A stretch of DNA of 64,000 bases from Chlamydiota bacterium. Lineage in GTDB: Bacteria; Chlamydiota; Chlamydiia; Chlamydiales; SM23-39. The notes under the pieces are model-generated. The model did no database searches, was not told the DNA's origin, and saw only the letters and a list, made by a program, of their open reading frames with translations. The DNA is taken from positions 13,691 to 77,690 of the forward strand of contig JANPFC010000054.1 in assembly GCA_031423235.1 (NCBI GenBank), in the 5' to 3' direction. The position numbers and the translations under genes are program-made. This document shows positions 1 through 8,920 of this stretch, in pieces; the stretch's first letter is position 1; each line of letters begins with the position of its first letter.

Positions 1-114
1 TTGGACAAATGCTACTCCACGACCTGGAATTTGCATCCTCGCACTAAACGAATGCTGGCAATATTGAATTGCCTCCGTATACAAACGGATTCGAAGGTTA
101 TCAAAAATATCCAT
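1..114 (-). CDS. 5' end of a CDS running off the left edge (only 38 N-terminal codons visible; product unknown)
   Basis: ATG at 114-112, with an in-frame stop just upstream at 123-121, opens MDIFDNLRIRLYTEAIQYCQHSFSARMQIPGRGVAFVQ. The frame stays open to position 1. Confidence 0.3.
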   Translation of the reverse strand, partial: MDIFDNLRIRLYTEAIQYCQHSFSARMQIPGRGVAFVQ

Positions 115-378
115 TAGGCCTCAGTTGCTAATTAACTATTTGCATCGAAAAAGTGTGTTTCAGACTACTTAAGAGCGCAGAAAGAGTCAAGCTTAGAGGG
201 TGTCTAAAATCCCGTTAAGCCACAGCGATATGCGGAAGAAGTTTCTTACATAGATAAATTGAGTTATCCCATTTTTAACCGGGTAATCACCCCCTTTATA
301 TCACACACAAAAACTTTACCACAAACAACTTGCGTCTTAATATAAAATAAATATTATAATGATAATATCTATATATAA

Positions 379-690
379 ATGAGGTGGATTATGGTCACAG
401 CAGTAAATGAAAGTTCTAAAGAACATAATGTTTATGATTTTGAAACGGACCCTAAAACAGCGCAAGACTTGAATAATGAAGTGAAAGCGATGTTAATCGC
501 TATTTGCGATGCTGTCGTCCAAAGCACAACTTCGGATGGAAAGACCAATGCAAACGAAATGAAAGCAGCCGAAGCAAAAGACAGTGCCAACGCAGCAGCA
601 GCTCAGAACGGTGCAAGCGCAACTGATGCGAAAGGTTCTGTTCAGTCGCAACCAGCCCCAACTACTATTACACCTAATACTAAAGTTTAG
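379..690 (+). CDS. Small hypothetical protein with Ala/Thr/Gln-rich low-complexity C-terminal half
   Basis: ORF track, 103 aa. Preceded by a very AT-rich tract containing TATAAT at 355-360. Alternative ATG at 391 lies just after GAGGTGG (381-387). Followed by hairpin 711-731. Confidence 0.45.
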   Translation: MRWIMVTAVNESSKEHNVYDFETDPKTAQDLNNEVKAMLIAICDAVVQSTTSDGKTNANEMKAAEAKDSANAAAAQNGASATDAKGSVQSQPAPTTITPNTKV

Positions 691-710
691 TACCAGAGGG
701 TTTTCTTCTT

Positions 711-731
711 AGGCGGGATCATCTCCCGCCT
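711..731 (+). terminator. Stem-loop between convergent genes (AGGCGGGA-tcatc-TCCCGCCT)
   Basis: Perfect 8-bp GC-rich stem with a 5-nt loop, 20 nt after the stop at 690 and 10 nt before the end of the minus-strand ORF at 742. No clear U-tract. Confidence 0.4.
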
Positions 732-741
732 CTCTGCACTA

Positions 742-1521
742 TTATGGCGTGGAAGCGCCCCTCAAGTAACTAAAGCAAGAACTTACTCTAGAAACTGTAG
801 AATCAAGACAGGAACTGATCCCAGAGCAACAATTTGAAATTCCATTCTGGAGACGGAGCAGCAACGGATTGGTTTCTGCAGGACCTTCATCCTTTTTCAT
901 CTTCCCCTTCATGTATGCCTTCGCGGTAAAAGAAAGTCCGTCAACCCCCAATCCTGCCGCAAGAGGCGTTAGATTGACATCATTCCAGATGGATTTCAAA
1001 CCAACTGCCCCGCCGACAATCGTTGCCAATACAATATAGCGGCGCATCCGCGGAAATCCCACCATATAGCTCTTCGAAAGCTTTAGAAAGCCGAGGGTGA
1101 AAAATAGAGAAGTGAGCGCTTGTGAAGGGATCGTAGAAAAGTAGGCAGCAGCAGCGCCGAATCCAATGACAATCGTGTGCCTTTTCCATGCAGCTGGAAG
1201 ATTCTTCTGATCAATGCTCTCATCATCCTCATCGTCGGATTCAGATTTCTCAGCGAGCTTTTCAGCCGCTTTCACCACTTTCTTTGCTGAGCCATCGACA
1301 TTCTGAAGATCTAGCTTCCCCTTGCCATTCAATTTTTTAATTGAGTCTCGAAGAAGCTGATCCCGTCCTCCAGCCTCTAGATCTACCGGATTGAATCTCT
1401 CTTGGGCTAAACGAAATATCTCATTTAATGGTGAATCATTTTTTGATAATGAGAGCTCGCCTGGAGCAGCCGCCATATCACCGATAAACGAAACAAATTG
1501 AACTTCTGCTATTCCTGTCAT
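742..1521 (-). CDS. Hypothetical membrane protein with acidic tract (SESDDEDDES) and C-terminal hydrophobic segments
   Basis: ORF track gives 742..1665, but the first 70 nt would overlap the upstream permease. The first ATG clear of it is at 1521 (MTGIAEV...). Start uncertain. Confidence 0.5.
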   Translation of the reverse strand: MTGIAEVQFVSFIGDMAAAPGELSLSKNDSPLNEIFRLAQERFNPVDLEAGGRDQLLRDSIKKLNGKGKLDLQNVDGSAKKVVKAAEKLAEKSESDDEDDESIDQKNLPAAWKRHTIVIGFGAAAAYFSTIPSQALTSLFFTLGFLKLSKSYMVGFPRMRRYIVLATIVGGAVGLKSIWNDVNLTPLAAGLGVDGLSFTAKAYMKGKMKKDEGPAETNPLLLRLQNGISNCCSGISSCLDSTVSRVSSCFSYLRGASTP

Positions 1522-1594
1522 AATAGAGAGAATTATAAAGAGATTAGCAATAAAAATAAAGAAACCATATATTTTTAATATTATTACGACTTGT

Positions 1595-2974
1595 CTATAT
1601 TGAATTGATAAGTTTTTGTGCTTTCCGTTTCTGGTAGGACCAGAGGAGGAAAACGGGCGCAACAAGAATCACAAAGCCGAGGCCGATGATCATTGCGTAT
1701 TGGAGTTTGTTTTGGATGACGACATCTGGCGATGGCTGAAAACCCACAATGATCGTAATGATGCAGCCAGCAAGCCCGGCAAAGCAGGAAACAGTCCTCA
1801 TTCCAAATGGAATCTGATAGCTATTCTCGGTTCTTCGGAGCTTGAGGGCCGCGAGAAAGAGGAGAATATACATCATCATATAGAGCCCAGTACTGAGCGC
1901 CATGAGAAACCAGTAGAAGGAGTTGATGCTGGGGACAAGCTGAATGGCGCAGCAGAAAACACTGACAAGCACGGCTTGAACAATCAAAATCCGGACTGTG
2001 ACCCCATATTTATTCTTTTGAGCAAAGTAGCTTGGGAGAAACCCTTGTTCAGCCGCTTGCAAAAGCCCTTTGGCTGGTGAGAGGAGCCAATTGACCGAGC
2101 CGCCGATACTGCCGAGCATGATGAGAAATGCGAGTATGGGGACGAGAAATGGGATGTGGAAAGCGGTGAAGAAGGTTGTGAATGTCTGCATAACGCCGTC
2201 GACAAACCGGATATCCTCTTTCGGAATCACAACTGCAACCGAGAGGGCACCAAATATAAGGGTGCCGAGGAGGATCAGGACAGAGAGTCCAATCGCTTTG
2301 GGGAAGTTTTTCTTCGGATTTTCAATGTCAGTTACATGAACGCCGGCTAGCTCCATGCCCAAAAAGGAGGCCATAATGGTGACGAGAGCTCCCCCGTTTT
2401 CCGTAAGATCGAATTTAGGAATGAGAGCCGATGGAGAGAAGGAAATAGCAACCGGATTGGCAAGGAAAACCCAGCCAATTCCGAATGCGATGAGAACCAA
2501 CATAGGGAGAAGCGTCCCAAGGGTCCCGCAAATGGCATTCAACCGTGCAGATACTTGAATCCCCTTCAGATTCACAAGCGTCAATCCCCAAAAAGTGACT
2601 AGTGCAGTTGATAGGAGAAACCATTTATTTGAGGCGAGGGCCGGGTTGATGAGGTGCGCTGCCGTCCCTGCAATAAAAAGGAGCATGGTCGGATACCAAA
2701 CCATCGTATTGATCCACTGAAGCCACACGGCAAGGGTCCCTATTCGATCTCCGAATGCGTGCTTAATCCAATAATAGACTCCGCCTTGATCGGGGTATCT
2801 TGAAGAGAGTTCGGCCGAAATAAAAGCGACCGGGATTAAAAAAAAGATTGCCGATAAGATGAAGAAAAAGATGAGCGAACTGCCATATAGCGCAGTTGTC
2901 GGCAATGTTCGGACGCTATCAATTGCCGCCACAATTAACAATACGAGTGAAAAAAGTGGTATCTTATGTTTCAT
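1595..2974 (-). CDS. APC-superfamily amino acid permease (YjeM/GadC-like)
   Basis: 459 aa, about 12 hydrophobic helices. N-terminal block LPTTALYGSSLIFFFILSAIFFLIPVAFISAELSSRYPDQGGVYYWIKHAFG is typical of amino acid/polyamine/organocation transporters. Confidence 0.85.
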   Translation of the reverse strand: MKHKIPLFSLVLLIVAAIDSVRTLPTTALYGSSLIFFFILSAIFFLIPVAFISAELSSRYPDQGGVYYWIKHAFGDRIGTLAVWLQWINTMVWYPTMLLFIAGTAAHLINPALASNKWFLLSTALVTFWGLTLVNLKGIQVSARLNAICGTLGTLLPMLVLIAFGIGWVFLANPVAISFSPSALIPKFDLTENGGALVTIMASFLGMELAGVHVTDIENPKKNFPKAIGLSVLILLGTLIFGALSVAVVIPKEDIRFVDGVMQTFTTFFTAFHIPFLVPILAFLIMLGSIGGSVNWLLSPAKGLLQAAEQGFLPSYFAQKNKYGVTVRILIVQAVLVSVFCCAIQLVPSINSFYWFLMALSTGLYMMMYILLFLAALKLRRTENSYQIPFGMRTVSCFAGLAGCIITIIVGFQPSPDVVIQNKLQYAMIIGLGFVILVAPVFLLWSYQKRKAQKLINSI

Positions 2975-3052
2975 GAAGAAATTTTACACATTTCTCAGGA
3001 TAAAAAGCTATCTTTGACGAGAGAGATTTCATAAAAAACTGCTTGGCAGTCC

Positions 3053-3877
3053 CTAAGGACCAAAGAGCCTTTGCAATGACGTTTGTATCATGTCTTTCCC
3101 TCTATATCCCTTGCGGATCCGCTCACGCTCCTTCTCATAGTGATGCGTCATTGGATCATTGGGTCTTGTGACAAAAACCGGAATCGAAAAAATTTGCATA
3201 TTCGCCTGCCCGAATGGAATATTTTCTGAGGAGGAAAAAAACCTCTCCCCTCCCTCTACAAATATTTGAATATTTTCCTCTCCGAATCCAAACAGCAGTC
3301 CCATTGCCTTGTGATTCGAAAGTACTTTTTCCCAAAAAATGGATTCATTATTTTGAATGCTCAAAACCGCTTCATTCACAGAAAAATCAGAACCGAGCAG
3401 ATCTTTGAAAAATGGATAATTCTTATGAATAATTCCCGAACACATTTCAGAATTTACAACAAAGACATCTCTAGAAATGCCACTTGGACGCTCGATCAGA
3501 AGAAATTTCTTCATGGGTGGGAATTTGGCTGAAATGTCTTTCCATGCATCCCACTGAGTATTTAAATCACAGTGAACGATCAACGCCTGCTTTCTTGAAG
3601 CCTCGGGTAAAGCGGCAATCTGTCTTTGCAATTCCTCTTTAGTATAGGACTCGCGAGGAGGGAGGGAGCATGCACTCATTGGTTTTGAGCCAAATAATAC
3701 AAAGGCGCCGGGATGCTCAAATAAGATGAAATTGAAAATCGGCTCAATCAGTTCTTTCTCTTCACGCGAAAGTTTAGGCAAGGATTCCTTTTGGCAACTC
3801 GCGACAAAAGCTGTGGTGACTAAAATGCCTACCATCACTACAATATGCCAAAGCTTTTTTTTAACTTGGAGTTTCAT
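3053..3877 (-). CDS. Lipoprotein of unknown function (paralogous N-terminal domain with 7542..8879)
   Basis: Signal peptide MKLQVKKKLWHIVVMVGILVTTAFVASC with lipobox. Shares blocks with the 450-aa lipoprotein: F.F.L.E....L.G.KP.S and G.L.G.G..N. Confidence 0.7.
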   Translation of the reverse strand: MKLQVKKKLWHIVVMVGILVTTAFVASCQKESLPKLSREEKELIEPIFNFILFEHPGAFVLFGSKPMSACSLPPRESYTKEELQRQIAALPEASRKQALIVHCDLNTQWDAWKDISAKFPPMKKFLLIERPSGISRDVFVVNSEMCSGIIHKNYPFFKDLLGSDFSVNEAVLSIQNNESIFWEKVLSNHKAMGLLFGFGEENIQIFVEGGERFFSSSENIPFGQANMQIFSIPVFVTRPNDPMTHHYEKERERIRKGYRGKDMIQTSLQRLFGP

Positions 3878-4264
3878 ATGTTTCGCCCGTTTCTAATATT
3901 CACCTTACTTCTTATAAGTTTCATCATTTCAGGATATTCGATGGAAGATCGTCGATTCGATCTATCAGATCTCATCCGCGAGCACCAACCTGACTCGATC
4001 GAATTTTATCACGATGACAGGGTTTTCTTGAAGACAGATCACATTTCTGTTACGCCTCAAGGACTCTTTCTGGTTTCAGAAACATCTATGATTCACCTCC
4101 CAAACCTAAACTCCTGCAATGAAGGCTGCTTTATTCAATCCGGCGAAGAATCGACAACTCTTGCCTCTGTATATGTCCCAATAACATGCGGCAATTGCGG
4201 TTTTAAGTATTGGTATTCGCCTGCCCAGTCTCGTTGCCCAAACTGCGGCCATAGCGGAAATTAA
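3878..4264 (+). CDS. Small secreted protein with C-terminal Cys4 zinc-ribbon-like motif (CGNCG...RCPNCGH)
   Basis: ATG at 3878 is preceded by TGGAG and gives the signal-like MFRPFLIFTLLLISFIISGYS. Its start abuts the divergent start codon (CAT|ATG at 3875-3880). Paralogue of 7252..7545. Confidence 0.55.
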   Translation: MFRPFLIFTLLLISFIISGYSMEDRRFDLSDLIREHQPDSIEFYHDDRVFLKTDHISVTPQGLFLVSETSMIHLPNLNSCNEGCFIQSGEESTTLASVYVPITCGNCGFKYWYSPAQSRCPNCGHSGN

Positions 4265-4270
4265 ACATTT

Positions 4271-4302
4271 TACCGCTCGTGATTCATGAATCACGAGCGG
4301 TA
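4271..4302 (+). terminator. Perfect 32-nt palindrome/hairpin after CDS 3878..4264
   Basis: taccgctcgtgattca|tgaatcacgagcggta begins 7 nt after the stop codon. No strong T-tract, so terminator function is inferred. Confidence 0.45.
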
Positions 4303-4388
4303 TAGCTTACATGAAGAACTTTATTAATTAGGGGGTAATATCTTGTATCTTTGACTGGAAATGTTTCGATCCATAGAATGAACATAGC

Positions 4389-5192
4389 ATGCTTGTACTC
4401 GTTAAAACTCATTCTTTACGCATTCTTGAGATGATCGGTGATTATGCAACACTGATTTTCGATGTCTGCTTCGCCGCTTTAAAAAAACCACCCGCTTGGA
4501 GTTTGATCCGCGAGCAGCTTTTCCACATCGGGGTCATGTCCTTGCTCGTTGTGGCGATCACTGGCTTTACAACCGGCTTTGTTTTAGCCGCCCAATCGTT
4601 CTATCAGCTAGGCGAAAAGGGGCTTGCCAGCGTGACTGGGGTGCTGGTGGGCAAGTCGATGATCACCGAATTGGGTCCGATTTTGACCGCCTTTATGGTG
4701 ACTGGCCGGGTGGGCGCCTCTATGTGCGCGGAACTCGGAACGATGAAAGTGACCGAGCAGATCGATGCGATGAAGTCGATGGCGATCAACCCTTACTCCT
4801 ATTTAGTAGCTCCCAGGTTCATCGCCGGGGCCTTCATGATCCCCCTTTTGACCCTTTTTAGCGTAATCATGGGAATTCTGGGCGGATATTTAATCGCCCA
4901 TAGCTTGTTCCACATGTCCGCCTCGAACTACTTCGATCCGATGCAGATCCACATCTCTCTATTTGATCTTGTGACAGGGTTTATAAAGTCATTCATTTTC
5001 GGCATTTTGATCGTTACCGTTTGCTGCTACCGCGGGATGAAGACGAGCGGCGGGGCTGCTGGCGTCGGCAAAGCGACAACCCAGAGCGTTGTTACAAGCT
5101 ATATTTTGATTTTGGTCGCCGACTTTTTCCTGACAATTGCACTCAATATGATCCACCAAGCGATGAAATATGACTGGATGAGGGGCGTATGA
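4389..5192 (+). CDS. mlaE: MlaE/YrbE-family ABC transporter permease
   Basis: 267 aa polytopic protein. Blocks GVMSLLVVAITGFTTGFVLA and GRVGASMCAELGTMKVTEQIDAM are characteristic of MlaE. First of three overlapping genes. Alternative start at 4431. Confidence 0.85.
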   Translation: MLVLVKTHSLRILEMIGDYATLIFDVCFAALKKPPAWSLIREQLFHIGVMSLLVVAITGFTTGFVLAAQSFYQLGEKGLASVTGVLVGKSMITELGPILTAFMVTGRVGASMCAELGTMKVTEQIDAMKSMAINPYSYLVAPRFIAGAFMIPLLTLFSVIMGILGGYLIAHSLFHMSASNYFDPMQIHISLFDLVTGFIKSFIFGILIVTVCCYRGMKTSGGAAGVGKATTQSVVTSYILILVADFFLTIALNMIHQAMKYDWMRGV

Positions 5193-5950
5193 TCCGGATC
5201 AAAAATCTATGGAAGAAGTATGGGAAGCTCGACGTCCTTAGAGGGCTGAATCTCGAGGCAAACCGGGGCGAGATTCTGGTCATTCTGGGCAGATCGGGCG
5301 TGGGAAAAAGCGTCTTACTCCGCCATATCATCGGGATTGAAAAGCCAGATCAAGGCTCCATTGAGATCGACAACATCTCTATCACCAATCTGAAAAAGAA
5401 TCAGATTTACCAGGCCGTGAAAAATATGGGGATGCTCTTCCAAGGATCGGCCCTATTCGACTCGATGAACATTGAGGAGAACACAGGCTTCTATCTCAAG
5501 CAGCACGGCGATCCGATAACAAAGAAGAAGTTTTCTCCCGAAGTGATTAAGCAGAAAGTGAAAGAAGCCCTCTCTATGGTGGGCTTGGAAGGGACAGAGT
5601 TGAAAATGCCCTCCGATCTCTCCGGCGGGATGAGAAAACGGGCAGGACTTGCTCGCCTGATCGTCTACCGCCCCTCGATCTTGCTTTATGATGAGCCAAC
5701 TACAGGCCTCGATTCGATCACTGCACAGCAGATCAATGAACTGATTGTAAAAACTCAAAATGACCTCAAAGGGACGAGCATTGTCGTGACGCACGATATC
5801 AACTCAGCCCTTTACATGGCCGATCGGCTCGCTCTTCACCAAGATGGTCAAATCATCCACGTGGAGAAGCCGGAAGCCTTTATGAAGATAGACAACCCCA
5901 TCATCAACTCTATGAAAGAGAACATGATTTATAAAAGGAAACCGCAATGA
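5189..5950 (+). CDS. mlaF: ABC transporter ATP-binding protein (MlaF-like)
   Basis: Walker A GRSGVGKS, signature LSGGMRKR, Walker B ILLYDEPTTGLD. ATGA overlap with the permease gene. Confidence 0.9.
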   Translation: MIRIKNLWKKYGKLDVLRGLNLEANRGEILVILGRSGVGKSVLLRHIIGIEKPDQGSIEIDNISITNLKKNQIYQAVKNMGMLFQGSALFDSMNIEENTGFYLKQHGDPITKKKFSPEVIKQKVKEALSMVGLEGTELKMPSDLSGGMRKRAGLARLIVYRPSILLYDEPTTGLDSITAQQINELIVKTQNDLKGTSIVVTHDINSALYMADRLALHQDGQIIHVEKPEAFMKIDNPIINSMKENMIYKRKPQ

Positions 5951-7176
5951 CTGATCGGATAAAAAATATTCTTATCGGCCTTTTTGTCACAGGGGCCATT
6001 GCAATCATGATCTCACTCGTCCTCTTCCTGAAACCAACAATTGGCGATGGGAAAAAAATCCTCCTTGTTCGATTCACAAACATCGCTGGCATTTCAGTGG
6101 GAACCCGCGTTTCCTTCGCAGGTAAGCCGATCGGCGAAATGATCCACATTCGAGAGCTCCCCAACGCGCGCGATCATGCCGACGAGATGGGGCGCATCTA
6201 TATGTATGAGCTTACCCTCAAAGTCGATTCGAGCATCAATGTCTACAGCAGCGATGAAATCGCCATCAAAACAACAGGGCTCATGGGAGAAAAGTCGATT
6301 GCGATCCTTCCTAAAATTGCTCCAAAAGAAAAACCAGCCTACCTCATCACCGACCAAATCGTCTATGCAAACTCGACCGATCCCCTGGAGAACACTTTCA
6401 ACCAAATCACCCGCACATCGAGCCGCCTTGAAGTGGCTGTTAACCATCTGGACAAATGGTTTGAGGAAAATAACGGCTATGTGACCAATGCGCTCCGCTC
6501 ATTTGATGGCGCCATGGGGCAAATCGACGGTATTCTAGGACTTGTCGATGCAGAAAAAATTGTCCCAGCCGTACGGCAGTCAGTTGGGCTTCTCAACGAC
6601 AACATGCAGATCATCCACTCAAGTCTTGAAGACGACCAGCTCCTCCACAAATTCGCTAGCCTTGCATCGAACCTCGATCAAGCAGCGGGGGCCTTCAATT
6701 CCGACGGAGCGCAAACGCTCCGGAACCTCAATCAGATCTCGCGCGATGTCGCATCGGGTTCAGGCACTGTGGGCAGGCTCATTGTCGGAGACGACCTCTA
6801 CCTTCGCGTTGCCTCTCTCATGAATAAAGGCGAAACGCTCATGAACGACGTGAACCACTACGGACTCCTCTTCCAATACAATAAGCAGTGGCAGAAAGGG
6901 CGTACTCGCAAAGCGAACTTTGTCAAAGCCCTCGATACCCCTCAAGAATTCCGCAATTACTTTGAGGGTGAAGTGGACTCGATGACCACCTCGCTCGGCC
7001 GTCTCACAGAGCTGATGGAGCGTGCAGGAACTGAAGAGCGCACTAAGATCGTAAAAAGCGACGCCTTTAAGCGCGACTTTGCCTCACTCATGCGCCAAGT
7101 CCAAGGGCTCACCGACTCCCTCAAACTCTACAATGAAGGGATGATCGCCCAAACCGAGATGGCCGACCAAGATTAA
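5947..7176 (+). CDS. mlaD: MCE/MlaD-domain substrate-binding protein with long helical C-terminal extension
   Basis: N-terminal TM helix followed by an MCE-like block (VRFTNIAGISVGTRVSFAGKPIGEMIHI). 4-nt overlap with the ATPase gene. Confidence 0.8.
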   Translation: MTDRIKNILIGLFVTGAIAIMISLVLFLKPTIGDGKKILLVRFTNIAGISVGTRVSFAGKPIGEMIHIRELPNARDHADEMGRIYMYELTLKVDSSINVYSSDEIAIKTTGLMGEKSIAILPKIAPKEKPAYLITDQIVYANSTDPLENTFNQITRTSSRLEVAVNHLDKWFEENNGYVTNALRSFDGAMGQIDGILGLVDAEKIVPAVRQSVGLLNDNMQIIHSSLEDDQLLHKFASLASNLDQAAGAFNSDGAQTLRNLNQISRDVASGSGTVGRLIVGDDLYLRVASLMNKGETLMNDVNHYGLLFQYNKQWQKGRTRKANFVKALDTPQEFRNYFEGEVDSMTTSLGRLTELMERAGTEERTKIVKSDAFKRDFASLMRQVQGLTDSLKLYNEGMIAQTEMADQD

Positions 7177-7251
7177 TTTTTGATTTTTCTCGACAAAATA
7201 TTAATTCCATCTCTAGTATTCAGACTCCAACTTTTTAACTTGGGGTAGTTT

Positions 7252-7545
7252 ATGAGATTTCTTAAAGGTTCAATACTTTGCTTAAGCCTATTTTATTTCA
7301 GCAACATATTTGCAGTGCAAAAAGAGCACAAAATCTACATTCAACCCGATCAAGTCCGGATTGAACACCACGGCATATTTGTTGACTTTCCAAACCAGAG
7401 TCTAGACGTGTTGGCAATCCACCGCGATTCGATCGGAACCTATGTAATGACATCGGAATATAGATGGAGCAGGTGTCCTAATGGTCACTATTCTCTTGAT
7501 GGAGATGGACTTTGCGATGAACCTGGTTGTCCTTACAACAGATGA
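7252..7545 (+). CDS. Small secreted Cys-containing protein (paralogue of 3878..4264)
   Basis: Signal-like N-terminus MRFLKGSILCLSLFYFSNIFA. C-terminal RCPNGH...CDEPGCPY resembles RCPNCGH of the paralogue. Stop overlaps the next gene's ATG (ATGA at 7542-7545). Confidence 0.5.
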   Translation: MRFLKGSILCLSLFYFSNIFAVQKEHKIYIQPDQVRIEHHGIFVDFPNQSLDVLAIHRDSIGTYVMTSEYRWSRCPNGHYSLDGDGLCDEPGCPYNR

Positions 7546-8879
7546 GGAAATATTTATTTCTACTTAGCCTCATTGTTCTAACCGCATGTGGAGTTTCTGA
7601 ACGAAACTCAGAGGCCAAGCACGCCCAAAAAATTATCGATTCTCTTTCCGCTTATGAAAGAGAAGCTTTATCGGCCTTTTTCCGCTTTCTTTTGGAAAAA
7701 GAATGTTGTGGTTATTCTTTGTATGGAGAAAAGCCTCTTTCCATCCAAGAGTTCATTAAAGATGAGATTCCGCTCGTAATAAACGAGGATTTAATTAAAC
7801 GAAGCTGCCTGTTAAGAGAGGGCCTTCGGATTTGGGAAAAATCTGGGTTAGCTTTGTTAAAGAGCAATTATATAATTCAAGCTTCCCAATCCCCAAGTTA
7901 TGGCGGTTGGCTGGATGTTTTTTTTATCAATAAACAAGCGTTCCTTAACCTAGTCGACAGAAACTTGCCGTTATTTCAGTATGTGCTTGGGCCTAAAGTA
8001 ACTTCGCATTCTCTATTAAACCAATTTTTAGATCCAAGACAAAACTTGGCTTCTATTTTTTACGAAGATCGGGTTCTCAATGGATTAATCTTAGGTTATG
8101 GCATGCAAAACGCGTTACATGGTAGCCGTATGGAATATTTGCATGAATATCTAGATGTAAATGTGTCAGGATTTGAAACTCAGAAAGTCTCTGGGATTAA
8201 TAATCGCTCTCCTAGTTTTGGATTTTCCAATATTCTCGACGAAATGGATCGTCTTAAAAATGAAATATTTATAACAACTCAGAAAACTGAAGAATTGCCA
8301 CGGCTGCCTTGGTTTGCAGCGATAGCGCATGAGGAAACTGATAGACTACTTGCTACTTATAAAATTACCCAAAAAAAGATCAGAAATGTATTGTCATCAC
8401 CCAATTTTTTAGAACAGGTACTCCTTCAATTCTTCGGCTATCAAATAGCACTTCCATCCTTCCGATCTTCCCTAGAAGACTTGTTATTGGAAAAATTGAA
8501 AAATGAGAAACATATCCCCGTTCTCATAGGCCGTTCAATTCAGTCTACTTTACTAAAAGAGAATGCAACCTTACAGGAAATTGAGAGCTTTGTCCGAGGG
8601 GTTCTCGATTTTTCGGGAGAAAAAGAGGATTTAGGCATTCTATTACGCAAGTATGATGGAAATAGCGATCCGGAGGGAAAAGACCGACTCCTGTACCGAT
8701 TAGGTCAAAAAATTGGAGACCAATATAGGCCAGTCGAATCCATAGCAACATTGGAAGAAATTGCCGCCAGTATTCAAGATATTGGGAACACCGAAATCGA
8801 TCAACAAAATCGATCGGAAGTAATTGATCAGGTCAATCTCTTGGCTCAATTCTGGAGTGATATACACAAACTACCTTAG
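7542..8879 (+). CDS. Lipoprotein of unknown function (paralogous domain with 3053..3877)
   Basis: ATG at 7542 gives MRKYLFLLSLIVLTAC (lipobox). The ORF-track start at 7527 is a TTG inside the upstream gene. Confidence 0.65.
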   Translation: MRKYLFLLSLIVLTACGVSERNSEAKHAQKIIDSLSAYEREALSAFFRFLLEKECCGYSLYGEKPLSIQEFIKDEIPLVINEDLIKRSCLLREGLRIWEKSGLALLKSNYIIQASQSPSYGGWLDVFFINKQAFLNLVDRNLPLFQYVLGPKVTSHSLLNQFLDPRQNLASIFYEDRVLNGLILGYGMQNALHGSRMEYLHEYLDVNVSGFETQKVSGINNRSPSFGFSNILDEMDRLKNEIFITTQKTEELPRLPWFAAIAHEETDRLLATYKITQKKIRNVLSSPNFLEQVLLQFFGYQIALPSFRSSLEDLLLEKLKNEKHIPVLIGRSIQSTLLKENATLQEIESFVRGVLDFSGEKEDLGILLRKYDGNSDPEGKDRLLYRLGQKIGDQYRPVESIATLEEIAASIQDIGNTEIDQQNRSEVIDQVNLLAQFWSDIHKLP

Positions 8880-8920
8880 TAGACTTCTACTCTTTCCCCA
8901 ATCTTGCAACTTTTCGGGAG

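Noticed and set aside
1616-2558. Multiple 60-150-aa ORFs antisense or out of frame within the APC permease gene; similar sets occur inside mlaE/mlaD, oppA, the ROK kinase gene and the Rhs gene
   Set aside because: These are typical shadow ORFs of long genes. They have biased Arg/Ser/Pro composition, no RBS and no motifs.
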